In this document: positions 36,001 through 49,379 of the stretch, in pieces | Layout of the letters: every line of letters starts with the position of its first letter | Numbering within the stretch: position 1 is the stretch's first letter | Source: Vicugna vicugna | Taxonomy: Eukaryota | Assembly (NCBI GenBank): GCA_013265495.1 | Contig: MU062133.1 | Location: 9,526,182-9,590,181, forward strand | DNA: 64,000 nt | Direction: 5' to 3' | The notes under the pieces: generated by a model | Told to the model about the DNA's origin: nothing | Seen by the model: only the letters and a program-made list of their open reading frames with translations | Databases searched by the model: none | Translations under genes and position numbers: made by a program

Positions 36001-38809
36001 CTGCTGTGTATTTTCTAATCACTTGCATACTATAGGGTACAGAATATACTATGGTACTGCAGGTTATCTACTTGTTCATGTTAGTGTCTGACCTATCATT
36101 ATAATTTGAACATATTGCAAATGTGGCTATTTTTGCCTTTCATTTTCAACAGGGTTTGGCACCCAACAAATTCTATCAGGCACTTAATGGCCAACCCTCT
36201 TATTCTTTTTTGAACTTTCACAATTCCAAATGTTACGGGAAACCGTTCAGATATTATAACATTTAGGAGTTAGATAAAGTGACATTGTAACTAAGATAGT
36301 TTATAAGGCAATATGGAGTGGTAATCTCTTACAGGGACTGAGGAAGGTCTCTTTGAGTAGATTGTCATAATTATTAAAAATGTTTCTCCATTAATAAGTG
36401 TAAATATATAATTTTATTCACCATGGAAAAATATGGTATAACAGGGGTTAAATGTGATTTGTATACGTCATTATTTATAACAAGAATGTCCAAAAGTCAA
36501 AGTTCAGATTAAAATAAACTTCAGAATTTCAATTCCAAAGGACTCAGGCTTCAAAATCATCCTCCTCTGTCATAGTAATAATAGATCAAATATAAGATAA
36601 ATGTATTTTAAACACAGCTCTAGTTCAAAACTAGGTAAACAATCCCACGGACCAGAAATAGAAAAACAGATCAAAAGCCAAAGCTATTGTTCTGAAAGTT
36701 GCCAAGTCTGGAATCTGACAGGCCTGGCCAGAGTTTCAATTAGGTATAGGGAACAAAAGTGTCCCTTACAAAAATGAGAATCAAAACTGGAATCAGTGAC
36801 TGAGCAGGGTTTCCATCCCCTATAAGATACACACACATATACACACACAGCCTGGGATCAAATATTTTCTAAAATAATACAGTAAATTTTGAAGTAATTT
36901 AAAAACTTTAGCTCTCACATGTAAAGAGCTTAGAAGTTGTCACTTCCCATCCTTTCAACAACAAAAATGCTGAACCAACAGAAAATCAACACTTCTCTTG
37001 GGCCCATCAATTGGGCTGCAGGGCAAACCTCCACCCTGAAATCTGTAGATCAATCGAGAGTCACAGGAACCCAGACCTGCTTACCTGGAGCAGAAGCCAC
37101 CAGAGCGATGCACTTGCAGGACCAGGTGAAGACCAAGTGCGGACTGGTGGAAGAGCGAGGATCTCTGGGGCAGGGACCCAGGGTTGGGGGTGGCCCACAG
37201 TGTCATGGGCTTTGTCTCCAGAAACCCCATCAGCTGCTCACGGAGAAGAGCCTAGAAAGATCCCTGTTGGCTCTGTCGGGAGAAAAGATTAGTCATCGTG
37301 AAAGGTAGCGAGAGCATTCTCCACAAAAAATGTCTACATTAGGAGGAGTGATGTTTCCCAGAGCCACAGCCCGCCTCTGGGAAGGGCGTTTCTGATACTC
37401 CCACTCCATCTGCCCTTCCTGTTTTAGGTAAGAGGGGGAGCTCAGAAACACTGGGAACAGTCACAGCCCAGAGACAGACATAGGCTGATTAAAAGAGTAA
37501 GATTTAATCATAATACTGCAGAGTGCCCCACTTGACCATGTCAACAGGGCTCCAGTGTAACAACAGTGGATTATCATGGAAAGAGCCGTTAAGACATAGA
37601 TTCTATCAAAGCAAAAGTACTTAGCAAATCCCAAAGTCAGGAGAGGAGACAAAAAACAAGGACAGTACAGTCATTTGAGGCTTGAGCACCTACAGCCACA
37701 GCAAACATTAAACACAGCCAACACCTGGCCAGACTAACATAAACTCTTACACTACAGCCTATAACCTCAGTTCCTACTACCCAGTACATTGTGTCTGGCT
37801 TTCAACAAAAAAAAAAAATTACAACGCATGCAGAAAGACAAACACACACACACACACCATCTGAAGAAGCAAAGCAAACGTCAGAACCAGCATTAGCTAT
37901 GACACAGATTTGCAGATCATCAGACAGAGAATCTCAAATAACTAAGATTAATGTGTTAGGGGCTCTAAAAGAAAAATTGGACAACATACAATGTTGGAAG
38001 AGCGATGGAAACTCTAAGGACGAATAGACATGAATCGACATTCCAATACTTGTTAGTAAAACTTCAGAATATTAAAGAGAACATGAAAGGGTATCAGAGA
38101 GAAAAGACATTTTTAACTCAATAGAAAGACAAACTCACAGCAGACTTTGGCTACACTGATGCTTGACACAAAGGAACTGGAAAGAAGTAACCTGAAGAAA
38201 ATTAATTATCAATCTAAAATTCCATGTCCAGCCAAACTTTTATTCAAGAGCTGGGGTTAAATAAGAACTTGCTAATGCATACAAATACAAAAGGAATTAT
38301 TCCACCCACAGACTTTCACAGAAACCACAATTAATTGATGCTTTTTAGTAGAAAGGAAAACAAACGTAGGAATGGGGATTAGAAGGAAAAATGACTAGCA
38401 CAGAAATGGTAAAATATGCAAGTAATTCTAATTAATGTTTGAGGGTAAACATTGTAACAGTAACTATTTTATGATAAAAGTGTGGGTTTTGTGATAATCT
38501 ACATTGCAATGGTAAGAATTATGAGGGTTATTCAGTGGGTAAAAAGTGCAAAGTTTTTTGCCTTACTTGGAAGAGGATAAAGATATAATATATACTTATC
38601 ATAGACATGATAACTATAACTTAACAAGTAATAGTTATGAGTGTACATGAGATATTTAAATATAATAGGAAAAGTACAGAGAAGTTAGTAGCATTTGAAT
38701 TGAAAATGAAAAAAAGAGAAAAAATACTACACTATACTATAAAATATCACTAGAAATAAGGAAGAACACTAACTCATAATAAATGGAAAACACAATAGTA
38801 TATAACAAT

Positions 38810-39495
38810 CAAGAAACCAGGTGCTAGGGAAACCATGCACACTGTCAGTGGGAATGCAAATTGGTGCAGCCACTGTGGAAAACAGTAACGAGTTTCCTCA
38901 AAAAACTAAAAACAAAGTTACCATATGATTCAGCAATTCTACTCCTGGGCATATATTCGAAGAAAATGAAAAAACTAATTTGAAAAGATACATGTAACCC
39001 TTGTGCTCATACCAGCATTACTTACAATAGCCAAGATTTGGAAGCGACCTAAGTGTCCGCCAGTGTCCGCCAACAGAGAAACAGATAAAGAAGGTGTGGT
39101 ATGTGTATATATCTAATACAATGAATACCACTCAGCCATAAAAAAGGAATGATATTTTGGCATTTGCAACATGGATAGACTTGGAGGGTATTATGCTTGG
39201 TGAAATAAGTCAGAGAAAGACAAATACTGTATGTTATCACTTATATGTGGAATCTAAAAAATAAAATAAACTAGTGAATGTAACAAAAAAGGAGCAAACT
39301 CCAAGACATAGAGAACAAACTAGTGCTTACCAGTGGGGACAGGGGAGGAGGGAAGGGCAATACAGGAGCAGGGGATTGAGAAATGCAAACTACTTTATGA
39401 AAAATAAAGAAACCACAAGGATATGTTGTACAGCACACACAGAGAATATAGCTAATATTTTATAATAAATATAAAATTTTTTCAATAAAAAATTT
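38810..39495 (+). mobile_element. Younger L1 3' end (L1MA-type) nested in the old L1
   Basis: actgtcagtgggaatgcaaattggtgcagccactgtggaaaacag...gaaataagtcagagaaagacaaatactg...aataaaaaatttt. Confidence 0.85.
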
Positions 39496-40436
39496 TAAAG
39501 AATTTTGCTCTTTCAGCATTTCCCAAGTATTATTAGGTAAAAACTGACACAGTTAAAGATGAAATTGACCAAAACATTGTGGCAGATTTGTCACATTTCT
39601 ATTAGTTTTTCCTACCAGAAAAACTAAACATAAATAAAGAGCAACAGAATTAGTAAGACTGATCTACAAAGAACTGTGCTATACAACAAATACTTAGAAA
39701 ATTTCAATATGGTTCAACATTAGACCATACAATGACCCTTAAAACAGTTCTAATAATTGATATCACATTGGATATGATCTCTGTCCAAAGGACAAAAAAT
39801 TAGGAATCAGTAGTAAGTGATAGTCCCCTAAAAATCTTATATACTTTTAAATGACTAATGGATTTGAGAGGAAAACACAATGAAATGCATAAAATATTTA
39901 GAGTCCAGTGACAACACATGAACTATACGTCAACACCCGTGAGATGTAGCGTAAGTGGAACAAGAGATCCATTATAGTATTAATAGCACATCTTTAAAAA
40001 CACCATTAAAAATAAATGAGTTACGTATTAAAGAAGCTAGAGAAATGGTATAAACCAAAAGAATGTAGAAGAAAGGAATCAACGTAGATAAAAACATGAA
40101 TAAAAAAAACAGAAAATTAGAGACAGTCAGCAAATTTGAAGCTGATTCTTTGAAAACAGTCACAAAATAGACTATCCTGAAATAAGACTGATCAAAGAAT
40201 AGGGGATGGGGGAAGGAGAGAAATCAGGAATGAAAAAAGCAAGGTATGACTATATATTTTAAAAGTCTTATAAAATTAATTTGAGCATTTGTCAATGTAT
40301 TTCACAACTCAGAGGAACAGGAGTGTCATGGAAAAGTATAAATGACAAGAACTGACTTAAGAAGGAAAAGAAAGCCTAACCTCTGCCCCTCCCAGGGTGC
40401 TAACAAGCTGTATTTCTAAAGGTATACAAATAGTGC

Positions 40437-40588
40437 NNNNNNNNNNNNNNNNNNNNNNNNNNNNNNNNNNNNNNNNNNNNNNNNNNNNNNNNNNNNNNNN
40501 NNNNNNNNNNNNNNNNNNNNNNNNNNNNNNNNNNNNNNNNNNNNNNNNNNNNNNNNNNNNNNNNNNNNNNNNNNNNNNNNNNNNNNNN
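40437..40588. other. Assembly gap (N run)
   Basis: Run of n. Confidence 1.
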
Positions 40589-41785
40589 TTAAGAGAAATC
40601 ACCATGCTGTACATTAGGTCCCCAGGATTTATCCTATAACTGAAAGTTTGTAGTTTTTGAACAACTTCCTGTTTCTTGCACACCCCAGCCTCTGGCAGCC
40701 ACTATCCTCTGCTCTGGGTCTGAGTTCAACATTTTTACTTTCCACATATAAGTGAGATTACACAGTATTTGTCTTTCTGTGTCTGACTTACTCCGTTTGC
40801 CATAATATCCTCCAGATTCAACCATGCTGTCACAAATAACAGGCTTCTCTTCTTTTTTATGGCTGATAATTTTCCATTGCATATATAGTCACATTTTCTT
40901 TATCTGTTCATCCATCGACAAGCACTTAGTTTGTTTCATAGCTTAGCTCACGTGAATATTGCACTGAACGTGGAACTGCGGATGCCTCTTTGAGATACTG
41001 TGTTCAATTCTTTTGGACATATGACCAAAAGGGAGATGCTGGCTCCTACCATTGTTCTACTTATAATTTTCTGAGCAGCCTCCATGTTGTCTTTCATATG
41101 GCTATTCCAAATCCCCACCAATAGTGTTTGTTTCCTTTTCTCCACACCCTCACGAACACTTAGCCCTTGGCTTTTTGCTAACAGCCATACTAATAGGTGC
41201 GAGGTAATATCCTTTGTGGTTCTGTTTGCATTGCCTGATGATTTGTGATGTTGATCACCTTTACATATATCTTCTGGGCATTTGTATGTCTTCTCTGGGG
41301 AAAAAAAAAGTCTATTAAGATCCTTTGCCCATTTTAATTGCATTATTTTATTGGTATTAAGAGTTCTTTATATACTATGGATATTAACCCCTTATCAGAT
41401 ATGTAGTCTGCAAATATTTTCTCCCATTCCACAGATTACCTTTCCATATAGTCGATTTTTTTTTCTTTTGCTGTATAGGAGCTTTATAGTTTGATGCAGT
41501 CCTACTTGTTTATTGTTATTTGGGGGGCCTGTGCTTTTGATGTCCTATCCAAAAAAAAATAATAATAATTGCAAAGATCAATGTCAAGGAGATTTTTCTC
41601 TATGTTTTCTTCTACGAGTTTTATGGTTTGGGATCTTACATTTAAGTCTGTAACCCATTTTGAGTTAATATTTATGTAATATGTAAGAAAGGAGTCAGTT
41701 TCATTCTTTTGAATGTAGACTACCAGTTTTCCCAGTACCATTTAATGGAGAGACTACTCTTTTCCCATTGTGTAAGCCCTAAATT
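40589..41785 (-). mobile_element. L1 3' part (ORF2 C-terminus and 3'UTR), antisense
   Basis: Track ORFs 40948..41343 and 41502..41741 are degraded L1 ORF2 (KWAKDLNR, YININSKWVTDLNVRSQTIKLVEENI). Confidence 0.9.
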
Positions 41786-41859
41786 ATTTACAAAGCAAAA
41801 ACTAGCTCAGAAATTAGATTGGTGGCTACAAAAATTCCATCCTCCTAAGGTCACTGTCA

Positions 41860-42380
41860 CCATTTATTCAACAGATCATTCATTCAACACATATTTATTG
41901 AGACACTACTACTTGTCAGACACTATTCTAGGCATTTGGGTTCATCAGTGAACAAAACCAAACAAGAAAAATTGCTGTCTTTAAGGAGTTGAAATTCTAG
42001 TAAGGGGACACAAAAATAAACTATAAAAATCATAAGAATTGTATGCTAGAAGGTAATAAAGACAATGAAAAAAATAGAACATGGTAAGAGAGACAGAAGT
42101 TCTGGACAGGGGTGGGAAGAAGCAAATGGGTGTGAGAGTGGTTTGCCTGATACTTTTTTGAAGGTCAGGTAGATGTCCCTGAGGAAGGTTCAGGAGGGAA
42201 GAATCCAGCCATGTTGGTATCTGGGGAAAGAGCATTCCTGTTAGAGGGAAGAGCAAGAGTAGAATTCCAGTGCAAACCAGCTCTAAGAATATTTCAGGCA
42301 CAACAAAGGAGCTGGTGATACTGGAGAGGAAGGAACTGAAAAGGAGAGGGCAGTAGAAGAGAAGGTCAGATAGGTAAAAG
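41860..42380 (-). mobile_element. L2 3' fragment
   Basis: cattcattcaacacatatttattgagacactac...cactattctaggcatttggg...gaacaaaac. Confidence 0.75.
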
Positions 42381-42739
42381 CATTTTACTGGTAAATTTTC
42401 TCTAAACTGCAGTGAAGAGATAATCCTTCAAACCAGTTTCAAAGAAAAGAAAAAGGTTAAAAAAAAAACCCAACTTCTTTTATGAGACTGATTTAATCTT
42501 GACACCAAAATTAGATAAGTAGAGAACTAGATAATTATAGCCCTATCACACTTATGAACATAGATGGAAAAATCCTAATACAATATTGGCAAATCAAATC
42601 TAGCAACGTGTCTAGATTTAATTTTGCCCAAGAAAAGATTTTCTTAAGAATGTAAGGCTCGTACAACATCAGAAAAAAATTAACAATGCAGATAATATTA
42701 ATAAGTTAAAGAACAAAAAATATAATCTTAACTGACTAT

Positions 42740-43405
42740 CCATGGTGGCCAGGTGGGAGTCATACATGCACCAAACAATATGGACTTGCCCACGTCGTGG
42801 CTAGAAGGGCTCCTGCCCAGCTGAGTGGTCACAGGTACATGCAGCAGTGGTAAACACACCTGCAGATACTAGCAGCCAGTAAGAGGCAGACTGATTACCT
42901 GGTACCCTCTCATCGTGGAAGTGGGGCGTAGCAATTTGTCTTCACTCAAACAAGATTTGCTTATTCTGCACTGCGTCTGCTTTCTCTGCCTATCCTGTTT
43001 CTCCCCCACAATATCACGTGAGATCTTACTGAATGTCATAGGAAAGCTGTGGTGAGCTAACTGCCTCATTCTACCGGATTCTGGAGGGTTGGCTATTGTC
43101 AACTCACTGCTAATAATCTTTCTGGAAATTACTCCTAGTCAAAAGATCTGCCTTGTTTGAGTGTATACCTCTTCCTTGGTGTAGCCCACATCCAAGGACA
43201 GGCTGAGGCAGAGATACAAAGGCCATCCCAGTTCTGGAACACCCTGAAGAAGAGGCTGAGGCCTCCTCTGCATTTCAGTTGAATTTCTCTCCCTGCGTAA
43301 TCCTTCTTCCTCATTCCCTAAACAAATGTTCTAGAGAACACACTCCAGGAAACCACCCATACAGAGTTGTCTCAGTCTGTTTCCCAGGAGACTTGACAAA
43401 AGAAA
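42740..43405 (+). mobile_element. ERVL internal remnant followed by LTR16/LTR33-type LTR
   Basis: ccatggtggccagg...caatatggacttgccc; caaggacaggctgaggcagagatacaaaggcc...ctcagtctgtttcccagg. Confidence 0.6.
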
Positions 43406-43989
43406 AATGCCTCTTTTTTTTACCTCTTACTACTCCATACTGCAATGCATTTGAAAGGGATCTTATTTCATGGAAGACGAAGCAAGGTGATGAGCTAAAA
43501 CTCATGGCATTCACTGGCCCTGCCATGTGTCCCATCACACACTAGTAATTGGCCTTAAAGAACAGTGGGATGGCCAATTGCACACTCATTTGCATTATCA
43601 GCTGAAAGGCACCACCTTGTAAAACAGTCCTTCTCTCCTACCAGATGGATAGTGCTGCTTCTCCCAAGGCCTGAATACAGGAGTCTGAGAGCCAGGGACG
43701 GAAATGGGAGTGACACCTCTCATTGCTGCACATAGTGAGCGGACACATTTTTTTTGCTTTGCATTCAGTGATTCTATGTGCTGTTGTTTTAGAGAACTTA
43801 ACACCAAGGAATGCCTTTGCCAGGGGGCACAGTGATTTCTCCAGGGCAGTAGAAGTTGAACACATCACCAAAGAGAAAGAAAAAAAAAAAAAAGAAAGTG
43901 TTGACTGGGTTAAGTAATTGTGGTTTATTAAGGTAAAATAAGGTTGTTGCTTTTGGTAGTCCTTACCTAAGGACATTCCCAAATATGTT

Positions 43990-44225
43990 TCTCCTCCTCC
44001 TATGCAAATGGTAAGACTGCATTTCTCTACGTCTATGATTTGGTGGTGGCCTTGTTGGCCTAGCGACTTGGCCAAAGCCAATGAAATGCGAGCAGAAGTA
44101 TCAAGATATGTCAAATTGTTTGCCTTGTTCTCTTTTTCATGCCTTGGCCATCAAGGAAGTTTGTGTCAAATTGGAGCCTCCGTCAGCCTGAGTCCCTGAA
44201 AGACCATGATGAGCAGAGCTTTTAA
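43990..44225 (+). mobile_element. MaLR (MLT1J/K-like) LTR fragment
   Basis: gtgacttgg-like ggccaaagccaatgaaatgcgagcagaagt...cagcctgagtccctgaaagaccatgatgagcagagc. Confidence 0.55.
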
Positions 44226-47200
44226 TCCGGGGGTATCTATTTGGAAGTTGATTATAGATTTCTACTTTTCTGAATGTTAGATATATTTTGATGTATTTAA
44301 ATTTTAATACAAGGAAACTAAAGTTATTTCTGCAATGCCCTCATATTGCTAACAAAGTCATTTCACTTGGTGATTAATATTGCAGATTTTTATTAATCTA
44401 AGCAAAACACTGGCGTTTGGGATTCATAGATTTCACTTGAGTAAGACAGAGTTAAAAACTTATAAATGCAATTTTCTCTTTTCAGATGTCAGTTTTGCAA
44501 CCAACCACACTGCAGAAAATTAAGTGTCTCAGCCTGAGCACTTGTCTGTGAATTAGACTATCAGGAGGGTCACTCAAATGTGGGGATTTTAGATACAATC
44601 AACACCCCGGTAGGGTGCCTAACCTAGAGCTTTGTACTACAAAGATTTGTTTAAAACTAAAAACAAACATTATGGATAACAATCCCAACAACCTTTAACT
44701 TAGATCACTGAATTAATCATATTCTTTCATTCTGAATACGGCTATGGTGTCGTAGAGGAGAAGAAAAACATTGGACTCACAATTCAGAAACCCACATTTG
44801 AGTTCTCTCTGGAAGTTGTATGATTTAGATCAGGTTAACCTTTCTGATCATCAGTGTAGTTATCTAAATGGAGGAGGTAATGATACCACAGTGGTACTCT
44901 GAAAAAAAAAGTGTGATAAGGGTGTAAACATTTGTAAATACAAAAAAATAATTAACATTTACTGATTGATCATTATGTGCCTAGTGTTTTACGTGTATTT
45001 CTTAATTTTATCCTTATGATATCCCCATAGAAATGCCGGTGGTACAAACCACATCCCATTTCACAGATGGCTTAGCTGAGAAATTTAGCCCCTTGCCCAC
45101 ATTTCCAGAGTTTGGTGGTGGGTAAGGAGGCCCATGACCTCAACAATAGGTTGTACGTTTGCACAGTGGAGGGCACCACAAAAATAGCAAGGGTTGCTAT
45201 ACAAGCATGTTTCCTTTGAGTTAGGTTCCCCCCGGAATTCCTCCTTCCCTTGCTGTCTTTGTTATTTCATGATGCTTTCTGTTCCTTTCATGCAGATGGT
45301 TCTGAGCCATAAGAAGCCAGGGGAAGAGTCTGGGCTTCATTGTTCATTCCTGGGTTCCTCCCCAGCAGCAATCTGGTACAGTCCCTTCCTGCATCTCTGG
45401 CTCTTTCCCTTTCTCTTTTGTACTGAAGACTCGAGGCATTTTCTTCCCTCCTCATCCTCAGTGGATTTGTCTTCTGATTTCATTCATGATTTAATAACTA
45501 CATTTTCCCTAAGGAAATGCTGAAATTTCTGAAGAAAAGCCAACTTTCTCACAGTATCACTGGAAAGGTAACATTCTCGAGCATCCATCCCTTGCACACT
45601 CTTGTTCTTGGGATCAGGTATCAACCAGTCACTTCATTTTCAAGATCCAGCTACAGCTTTGTCATAGGGACCTAAGACTCCAAAACAAAGACCAGCCACA
45701 TGACTGATGGTTCCTCCTAAACCAAACCACTGTCATTCACAGTTTGCAACCATGTTTATAAATTTTTTCATTAATGTAAATAACAATTCATTGGGTTTAG
45801 TAAATTTGTAATTTTTACATGCAGTGGTCCAGGCAGGCTAAAATTCCACAAGGGGTGGGGAGGATGGCTTGAAATGGTGCTCATGGTTCCTTTTATAAGG
45901 AAGCTATAATCCATGGTCATAGATGGCTCAGTGAAGAGATCTCAGCTTCTGCCAGCACTGGGCGTCAGTCTGAGAAAGCTTGGCTGTATCCCAGGAGTAA
46001 GGGAGTGAGCATAAAAGAGTGCTGAGAAGAGGCAGGATTAGCATGATGGGTACTTTCAGCTCATTTAACCCAGAGTATCTCGAGATGGCTTCACTAGTTC
46101 GTTTAAAGCAGCACTGCATATACCCTATGCTATGGAGACTTGGTCCTATTACATATTCCCTAGGAAAGGACTTCTCTCTTGGAGACACACTGTACAGATT
46201 AACATACAGAAAACCATACAAAGCCCTCCCTTTAAAAAAGTTTATTCAGCTTGGTTTATGCAGCATTCACTACTTACTTGATCTGGGAATATATCTTTTT
46301 ATTCCGTATCTTTTAGCACCCCCAAGGGAAGTCTTCTGGAAATCCCAGTTGCTCTCAGTGCCCAGATATCAGACAGTTATATTAAAACATTAGTATTAAA
46401 AAATTACTTCTTTCCCACCAAGCTACCCACTAATTATATGTGTCTCTGACTCTATTCATGAATAACTAAACAATATAACAAATAATTATGCAGCTATATA
46501 TATACATGGCTACATAATTACACATTATCTCTTTATAAAATATGTAATATCTGTGTCCAATTTTTAGCCTTCCTCTTTGGATACGCCCGTAGGCAGATTT
46601 CCCGTGTCCCTCTCCCTCTCTGGATATGGTCTTCAGTAGAGTTACTTCTTTTAAAATGATATGACGTTGATTATGGAGACTTGTGAAATGTTCATCTGAA
46701 TTACAATGAACACTAAGCTGCTTTTATTTTAAAATTTTTTACAGGGAGACACCAAAATTATTGGTTCAAATGAAGTAGACTTGTTTCCCCTCTCCCACGT
46801 AACTATCCAGTGCAGACAGGATATCTCTGCTCCACTAAGTCCCCCAGCCCCCCAGGCTAGCGAGGCAGCTCTGCTACTTAGAGCTTTCTGATTTGTTCCA
46901 GTCATCACATTTCCAGTTAGAGGGAAGGAAAGGCAGTAGAAAATCCAAGGCAAGAGCCTTTAAGAAGGTAACCCAGAAGTTACAGATAGTATTTATAGCA
47001 CATCACATTAATTAGAATTTTGTGACGTGGTTACACCTAGCTTCAGAGAAACCTGGAAAACACAATTTCTTGCCAGTGCCTATAGGACTAAGAAGAGAGA
47101 ATAGAACTAAAAGTGGGCAACAACTTTCAACCTCCTGCGGCCTGTGACTCTGGCCTGCCTTATAACAATCTGTGCTCTCCTCCCACACATGGACTTTTTG

Positions 47201-48722
47201 CCCCAAGGGAGATAATACACAGTCCCCTCCAGTATTACCTCTATTCCAAAATCCTAGACCTTTAGGTGATATACAGTCCTCTTCGTCAGGTCCAGAGATA
47301 TCCCCTGTTGGGACTCCATCTAGTGATCTAAAAAGCAATTTGCACCCCCCCTCACAGTATACAACAGAATAACCCCAGTAACATCTCCCACGGCAGACAC
47401 ATGCAGTCACTGATCATACAGCACGAATAAATACTACTGGATAGCAACTGAAAAGTCTCCCAGCCTGAGCAGTGGAGTAAGTTAGCAGGTTATTCACCGG
47501 CTCTGCCTCTGGGATGAGCTGCCTTGCCCATTGTCCTCCATGCTCCTCAGCCATGCCCTCCGGGAGGCTCTTTCTGGCCATTACTCCTGGGCCCACATCT
47601 GAAATGGGTGCGGGAGGGTATGTCTCCTTGAGGGCTCCGTAGTTTTCTCAGTACACTTCCAGCTCATGCAATTTTGAGAGCCTGGGAGCTTTGGCAGACC
47701 CGTCCTGTGGCCTAAAATGTCCCCACAACTAGGTTTCCGATCTGTTTCGTACCGGCCACTGCCGTGTCCAAGTAACCTCATCCGAAGTTCTTTCCTGGAC
47801 ACCCCCTAAAGTCTGCCTTACACGGCGAAGTCAGTTGCAGCCCATTTCTCTCCCTCATTTTAAGGAGGACACCCTGTGGGAATTTAAGGCAAAGCGTCTT
47901 AGTGGCACACCAAGGTGGAACTGCTTTTCCGGCCAAGGCTCTATCCCTTCATCGGGCTGAAAGCCTCAAAGGCAGGCTTTGTGGAAAGCTTTATGTACAC
48001 GGTTTTAGCGTCTGTTCTTTGTGACACAGGGGCACCCATGTTTTCAAACACTACTTACAGACTTCCCAGTTCTTGCTTGAGCTCATCATTTTCTTTTCGT
48101 GTCTCAGTGAAAGCAGCAGGGAGTACACATGATACCGTAACATGACAGCCCTGTCCAACTACTTCCACAGACGTATCATCCCCACCAGGCACAGTGTCAA
48201 CTTGCTAACTTGTTTTACCGAAAAGTTTTACCAGCAAGTCTGCTGTGGCCTAGTTAAGTATCAGCTTCCAGCCTGCAGTATCTGTTCCTTCACGGTCCAA
48301 CAGCTAACCTCTGAGTCAACGAAACGTGTTTTAGGCTTTTGTTACGGCAGAATCCCACTTCCAGGGACTAAGGTTTATTTTAGTTAGGGTTAAGTTTAGG
48401 CTCCTGTATCAAAACCAAGTGACTCCAACGAGACACAAGATTCACTTTAATAAAACAACCCGTCCGAACAGGCAACCTCTGCTCTACGAAGTAACCCAGG
48501 TACCTGGCTAGGGGGGCAGTTTTGCCAACCACCAGGTATATCCAGCTTTTCTACAGTGGCTGCCATGCCTCTCCAGAAAAAGAAGGAAAGATGAGAAGAA
48601 ATGGAGGAATACTGAGACACGTAGCATACAGCTGACGGACCATATGTTCAAGAAGACAGGGCGAACAGATTCACGACCAAGACCTGATGTCGACTATAAC
48701 CTTAAAGTCCGTGATCAAACTC

Positions 48723-48754
<32 letters not shown>

Positions 48755-49379
48755 ATAAAGAATATGATTTGACATATGATATGATACATCAGTGACATGC
48801 TATGCAATGACAGGTTCAAATAAACGAGTCCTACTGAGATTTAACAGAAGATTAGTAGATCCAGATTTATAACCCAGATAATTAGTTCTTTGATATTACA
48901 AATAGTACCGTGGCATTTAAAAATGTAGTACTGCTTAGCATGAGTAGCCCAGGAAGTTATGTTCTTGGACATTAAATAAAAAGTATAACAATAACAGCTT
49001 AATCAATCTCAAAATCAAACCAGTAACGTCATTCAATCATGGATGTTTTCTATTTTATGGTCATAGAACCAAAAGAATGAAAAAAAATGAGATATGTTGG
49101 CATCACTTCAGAAAACAGTGGTCTGGATGCTTGTCATATGACCCAACAATAGATCTTTGTGGTGCTTGAGGCTGATGTGACTTGAAAAGATTAATCAAAG
49201 CTACAAATTTCAAAATGTTATCATTAGCTTTCCAAAGCGCTCAGATTTCTGGATTTGAGACCAAATAGAAGAACTCTGGCAAGATCGTAGGGACTACCAA
49301 ATCATACTTTACTAATCTAAATAAAACTTACATAGTAGATGTAAGTAATCCATCTGACATGTATCATCTGCGTCTTTGT

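Larger units (their letters stand above)
36925..42735 (+). mobile_element. Fragmented old L1 (5'UTR/ORF1 at about 36925-38800; ORF2 at 39500-40380, 41786-41850 and 42385-42735) interrupted by younger insertions
   Basis: cattgtgtctggctttcaacaaaaa, gctctaaaagaaaaattggacaacataca, atgaacatagatggaaaaatcct; the pieces are colinear with L1 ORF2. Confidence 0.75.

Noticed and set aside
36937-37308. 123-aa and 93-aa ORFs
   Set aside because: They lie in a degraded L1 5' region.
43638-44114. Longest track ORF (158 aa)
   Set aside because: It starts in an LTR remnant, crosses a poly-A/T run, has no splice or homology support and has non-protein-like composition.
48503-48520. CTCF-like ggctaggggggcag
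   Set aside because: An extra G breaks the register and the 5' half does not fit the motif.
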